DNA of 64,000 bases from the NCBI GenBank assembly GCA_044356215.1, contig JBIKWQ010000003.1:953-64952 (forward strand), read 5' to 3'. Source of the DNA: Bdellovibrionota bacterium. Its GTDB lineage: Bacteria; Bdellovibrionota_C; UBA2361; OMII01. Both the position numbers and the translations under genes were made by a program. The notes beneath the pieces were generated by a model, which saw only the letters and a program-made list of their open reading frames with translations, ran no database searches and had not been told where the DNA came from. Numbering within the stretch: the first letter of the stretch is position 1; each line of letters opens with the position of its first letter. Shown piece by piece: positions 60,182 through 64,000 of the stretch.

Positions 60182-63100
60182 CTAGACCTGATCCTTTGAA
60201 GCAGGAAGTCTGACAGTAAATGTACTGCCCTTACCCAACCCATCGCTTTCCCCGTGAACATGCCCACCGTGCATCTGCACAACCCTCCTTACCAAGGCAA
60301 GCCCAATACCGAGTCCTCCTTGAGTGCGATCTAACGGGGAATATACCTGACTGAACATCTCAAATATCTCAGATAACTTATCAGGCGGAATGCCTATTCC
60401 TGTATCCACAACTCGAATAACGATCTCATTTCCATCGAGGTCCGCGATTAAAGAGATCTTCCCACCTGGTGGTGTATACTTGGCAGCGTTAATCAGTAGA
60501 TTGCTGAGAACCTGCGACAATCTAGCAAGGTCACCCTTTAAATAGACCTCTTCCCTTGGCAGCCTTACAGCAAGCTGATGCATCGCCGCCTCGATAGCCG
60601 GCCTGCTACTTTCCAGCGCCGAGTCAACTACCGCTTTAAGAGTTATCTTCTCAATACGGAGCTCAAGTCGACCGAGGCTAATTCGCGATATATCAAGTAG
60701 ATCCTCGATAAGCCGGACCATATGGAGAAGCTGCCTGCTCATCATCTCTCGAGCTTGTATTGCCGTTGGTCCAGACGGATCGCGTTTTATGATCTCAAGT
60801 CCAGTTCTTATTGGAGCCAGGGGATTCCTTAGCTCGTGCGCCAGGGTAGCTATAAACTCATCCTTCTTCCTGGCCTCTGAGTTTAGCTTCTCGCGGATCA
60901 TTCTTTGCTCGTGGATATCAGCGTGAATACCCACAGCTCTGATAGCCTTACCCTGCGAATCTCGTTCGACTACTCGCCCTCGATCCAAGATCCATATCCA
61001 CGCGCCAGACTTAGAACGCAGTCGATGCTCTACCTCGTACACAGACGTTAGCCCCTCGAGGTGCTTCTTTAACTCCCTCTCTACCCTCGCTCTATCATCG
61101 GGATGCACGAGCTCCTCCCAAGCCCTAACGTGCGGCTCGATCTCATCTGGTCTGTAGCCGATCATACTGGCCCAAGTTCCCCCAAAATTCACTACCCCGG
61201 TGGGTATGTGCCAATCCCACAACCCGAGGTTTCCTGCCTCTAGCGCCAGATTGAGTCGCTCCTGAGATCTCTTTACCTCCTCCTCGATCTTTTTCCTCTC
61301 AGTGATATCAATCACAACACCGATCATGCGAGTAGCGTGACCATCCTTATCGTATGACAACTCTCCCTGGTCCGAGTTCCACCGCACTTCACCAGATAAA
61401 TGAATTATTCGATACTCGTACTTAAAAGATCGCTCCTTATCAGCTATTAATTTATTCAGGCGCGCGGCAACCATCTCAACATCATCGGGGTGAACCCGTT
61501 TCCTCCACCCCTCATAGCTCCCCTCAAAGGTACCCACGCTAAGACCAAAGATCTCCTCTAATTGAGGCGTCCAAATCACCGTCCCTGTCTGAGGATTCCA
61601 GTCGAATACTCCTATCCTTCCGGCTCGCTCAGCGTATTGTAACCGCTCTGTAGTGGTCGTCAGTTGTTCCAGAAACGCTTTGCGCTCAATCAGCGTGGCC
61701 GCTAGCCGGACTAAAACATCTAGGTGATCCCGCTCTGACTGAGTTGGCTTCTGTTTGATCGTAGTGTGATGTATCGCCAAGGCACCCCAGACCTCTCCAT
61801 TAGATAAAATGATAGGCCTAATCCAGCACGAGCGGTAACCAGCCTCCCTTACTCTCTCGATAAATCCCGACGCAGAAATATCTGATATATCCGATATCAG
61901 CACCTCCTCGCGTTTCTCGATAACATCAGAAACTACCTTAAGATCTGCTATCGAAAATGGCTTAGAGAAGAGTTTCTCTACCACCGGACTCGACATCCTC
62001 ATTAAGGGTGTTAACATTTTCGCTCCGCTGGCTTTCAGTATGCAACTCTCAGCCCCCGGAAAAATTCCCTCTACTGCCACTGTAAATGAATTGAGAACTT
62101 TTTCTAATGACTCTGCTGGACTATCTACATCCAGTATCGCGCGGTGCGCTCGGTGCTCTTCCATCGAGCGACGATCCTCGGTGATATCGTCAGTAACTAT
62201 ATTAACCCCAATAATTCGATCCTCTGGGGTGATTAATGGATAAAAATTAGTACTCCAAGTTCGTATTGAGCCCGGAGTGATGGGGCATTCTCCAGACATC
62301 TCTACATTCAATACAGCACCCCTAGTCGCGATCGCCTTTTGAAGATGGAGATCAAACACATCAGCGATCATTGGAACTAATTCGCGAATTGACTTCCCGA
62401 TAAAATCCTCAGGACGCTTGCCGAAGTAATCAGCCATCACCTTATTAACGCGCACCCATCGGCGCTGCTCATCAACTACCGCCAAACCTACGGGCGCATA
62501 TGTGTATACTGACTCAAGCTCCTGTAGCTGATTTCGCGAGGCTATAGTCGCTTGCTGCAGGGCGGCTTCCGCTTCCTTGCGGCGCGTTATATCAACAGTA
62601 ACTCCCGGGAATCTCGCTGGCTTGCCTGATGTGTCGGCCAAAACTTTTCCCGTAGCAGAGACCCATCTAACCTGACCATTTTTACCTACTACTCGATACT
62701 CCTCCGAGTAGACCTCCCCAGACTGCAAGGCCATCTGAATTCGCTGTTGTATACGCTCGCGATCCTCTGGGTAGATGTGGTCCAAAAACTTGGCTACAGA
62801 AGCTCCTCGAAGATAGTCCGTTGGCATCCCATAGAAATCAATTAGGACGGGATCGCCGTAAACAACATCTCGCTGGATATTCCACTCCCACGTCGCCAGG
62901 GAACCGGTGGCTAAGGCGGCGGATAAGCGCTCGCGAGCCTCAACAAGCTTGCTCTCATTCTCTTTTAGCTGGGTAATCTCCTCAGCCTGAATCGCGAACA
63001 TGTCGGTATTTTTAGCGCCATCATGAATCGGAAAAACACACGCTGAAAACCACTGCCTTTGACCCGGCTTCTCCGTCTGAAACTCAAAACGCACCGGAGC

Positions 63101-63595
63101 GTTTCTGGCTTGGCTTTCAAGACACTGCTCATACCAGATCGACTCAACAGGTTGTTGCGCATGTGGTGTTGTACTAGACCCGCTACGGCCCTCAAGCCCC
63201 CGAGATAGAAATCTGCTCGCTGCCTGGTTGTCATAAATGTGGTCGAGCTGATCACCGTTAAGCTTAACTATGGCTACTAGAGACGTTGTTGCTGCCAGAA
63301 ACTCCTCTAGGTCAATCGCTAAGTCGGCCCCTCTCTTTCCTCTTTTTTCTTTAATACTAATAAGCGCCCCATTCCGGTGGCGCTTTGAATATAGCCCGTA
63401 CCTGGCCCCTGCCAAAACTCCTGTAAATAACGCGATAGTTGCCAGAAATAGTGGAAGAAAGCTCACCAATTCGGAGTTAACGATCAGCCAGGCAAAGATC
63501 CCGGAGAAGATCGAAACAAGTAGCAGCGCCGCGGCGGTGCCAGAGAACTTAAACGGCCTGCGATGCTCTAGTTCATAGTTTTCGCTAATCTGCAT
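60182..63595 (-). CDS. membrane-anchored multi-PAS sensor histidine kinase
   Basis: 1137 aa. It has two N-terminal TM helices, then several PAS/PAC-like repeats and a GAF-like region. The HisKA domain carries the H-box ATLAHELRNPLAPI, and the HATPase_c domain carries the G2 box GGLGIGLALV. Confidence 0.9.
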   Translation of the reverse strand: MQISENYELEHRRPFKFSGTAAALLLVSIFSGIFAWLIVNSELVSFLPLFLATIALFTGVLAGARYGLYSKRHRNGALISIKEKRGKRGADLAIDLEEFLAATTSLVAIVKLNGDQLDHIYDNQAASRFLSRGLEGRSGSSTTPHAQQPVESIWYEQCLESQARNAPVRFEFQTEKPGQRQWFSACVFPIHDGAKNTDMFAIQAEEITQLKENESKLVEARERLSAALATGSLATWEWNIQRDVVYGDPVLIDFYGMPTDYLRGASVAKFLDHIYPEDRERIQQRIQMALQSGEVYSEEYRVVGKNGQVRWVSATGKVLADTSGKPARFPGVTVDITRRKEAEAALQQATIASRNQLQELESVYTYAPVGLAVVDEQRRWVRVNKVMADYFGKRPEDFIGKSIRELVPMIADVFDLHLQKAIATRGAVLNVEMSGECPITPGSIRTWSTNFYPLITPEDRIIGVNIVTDDITEDRRSMEEHRAHRAILDVDSPAESLEKVLNSFTVAVEGIFPGAESCILKASGAKMLTPLMRMSSPVVEKLFSKPFSIADLKVVSDVIEKREEVLISDISDISASGFIERVREAGYRSCWIRPIILSNGEVWGALAIHHTTIKQKPTQSERDHLDVLVRLAATLIERKAFLEQLTTTTERLQYAERAGRIGVFDWNPQTGTVIWTPQLEEIFGLSVGTFEGSYEGWRKRVHPDDVEMVAARLNKLIADKERSFKYEYRIIHLSGEVRWNSDQGELSYDKDGHATRMIGVVIDITERKKIEEEVKRSQERLNLALEAGNLGLWDWHIPTGVVNFGGTWASMIGYRPDEIEPHVRAWEELVHPDDRARVERELKKHLEGLTSVYEVEHRLRSKSGAWIWILDRGRVVERDSQGKAIRAVGIHADIHEQRMIREKLNSEARKKDEFIATLAHELRNPLAPIRTGLEIIKRDPSGPTAIQAREMMSRQLLHMVRLIEDLLDISRISLGRLELRIEKITLKAVVDSALESSRPAIEAAMHQLAVRLPREEVYLKGDLARLSQVLSNLLINAAKYTPPGGKISLIADLDGNEIVIRVVDTGIGIPPDKLSEIFEMFSQVYSPLDRTQGGLGIGLALVRRVVQMHGGHVHGESDGLGKGSTFTVRLPASKDQV

Positions 63596-63732
63596 ATAGT
63601 TTTCGCCCCTACGTGTGACTATATCACGTGGTGATAACTTGCGCGCTGAGGGGGACTCTAGGCTAGAGAGTTAGCGTGAATAAATACTCGGGAATATGAT
63701 GTATGATCGGGATCATGTAATAAAGGGCCTCC

Positions 63733-64000
63733 CTAAGCCCCCCAATACCTCTGCCTCCTAAACCACACAGAGATCTTGGTGCTCTTGCCAAGATCACTGG
63801 CAACGCTTACATCACCTCCAAAAAGGCGAGCCAACCGCCGGACGGCGTCGACTCCTATACCACGTCCAGATAGACTCGTTACCTTACTACACGATGAGAA
63901 TCCTGGCTCACAGATAAGCATCAAAGCTTCCTCCCGTGTGAGTCCCTCAGGCACTGACAGGCCCCTTGAGCGCGCGATTGCTACTAATTTTTCAGGATCA
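63733..64000 (-). CDS. C-terminal HATPase domain of a CheA-family histidine kinase (5' part beyond the window end)
   Basis: The frame is open to the window edge (...DPEKLVAIARSRGLSVPEGLTREEALMLICEPGFSSCSKVTSLSGRGIGVDAVRRLARLFGG...). It matches the CheA HATPase G1/G2 region. The protein stops about 40 aa after the G2 box, with no CheW-like P5 domain. Confidence 0.55.
   Translation of the reverse strand, partial: DPEKLVAIARSRGLSVPEGLTREEALMLICEPGFSSCSKVTSLSGRGIGVDAVRRLARLFGGDVSVASDLGKSTKISVWFRRQRYWGA

Noticed and set aside
60166-60282. Track start of the response-regulator ORF at 60282
   Set aside because: It would overlap the kinase gene by 100 bp and add a non-receiver N-terminal extension. 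The ATG at 60165 (MRKILVVDDN), with an upstream GGTGAG, is the plausible start.
1-64000. Search for sigma-54 promoters (TGGCAC-N5-TTGCW), given that rpoN is present
   Set aside because: I found no GG-N10-GC element with proper flanks in any intergenic region. The candidate near 7121 has the wrong spacing and lies inside pcnB.
1-64000. CRISPR arrays, tRNA and rRNA genes
   Set aside because: There are no regularly spaced direct repeats. No intergenic region contains a GGTTCGA/TTCGAAT-type T-loop with acceptor-stem pairing. There is no rRNA-like sequence.

Overview
Gene-dense chromosomal segment, roughly 50% GC, from a Gram-negative (diderm) bacterium. Diderm markers are lptB, rpoN, a TonB-dependent receptor and a MacB/FtsX-type ABC transporter. 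Most of the window is core metabolism and information processing. The readable genes are pcnB-lptB-rpoN-hpf-rapZ, metK, a his operon (hisG-C-B-H-A-F-IE) with no hisD in the usual slot, and a complete trp operon (trpE-G-D-C-F-B-A) that continues into a DAHP synthase gene. Further genes are a haem O synthase (cyoE/ctaB), a GH63-like glycosidase, a Fur-family regulator paired with a TonB receptor, tgt, class Ia ribonucleotide reductase (nrdA-nrdB), metH, a DegP-like protease, and a PAS-rich sensor kinase with a stand-alone receiver. I found no rRNA, tRNA or CRISPR array.

The parts that most reward a second look are these:
(1) At the left edge there is a two-gene module: an internally duplicated (two-unit) AAA+ ATPase followed by a very large uncharacterised partner protein that runs off the window.
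(2) A roughly 1.5 kb stretch (4583-6152) has no convincing coding region but contains several strong hairpins. One is a perfect 29-bp inverted repeat, and one is a clean intrinsic terminator.
(3) Short leader peptides rich in the regulated amino acid lie upstream of trpE (ending in Trp-Trp) and of hisG (His-enriched). In both cases a sigma70-like -35/-10 pair sits so close to the ATG that the transcripts look leaderless.
(4) Two inverted-repeat-bounded elements (39604-39975 and 45497-45699) flank a minus-strand cluster. The cluster encodes a hypothetical protein, an ABC ATPase, a double-FtsX permease, a CrtC/AttH-like secreted lipocalin and a kinase-fold protein.
(5) There are several apparently decayed genes: a 5'-truncated hotdog thioesterase and a frameshifted EamA transporter fragment after tgt.

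Every family assignment below rests on reading motifs in the translated ORFs. I ran no database search.
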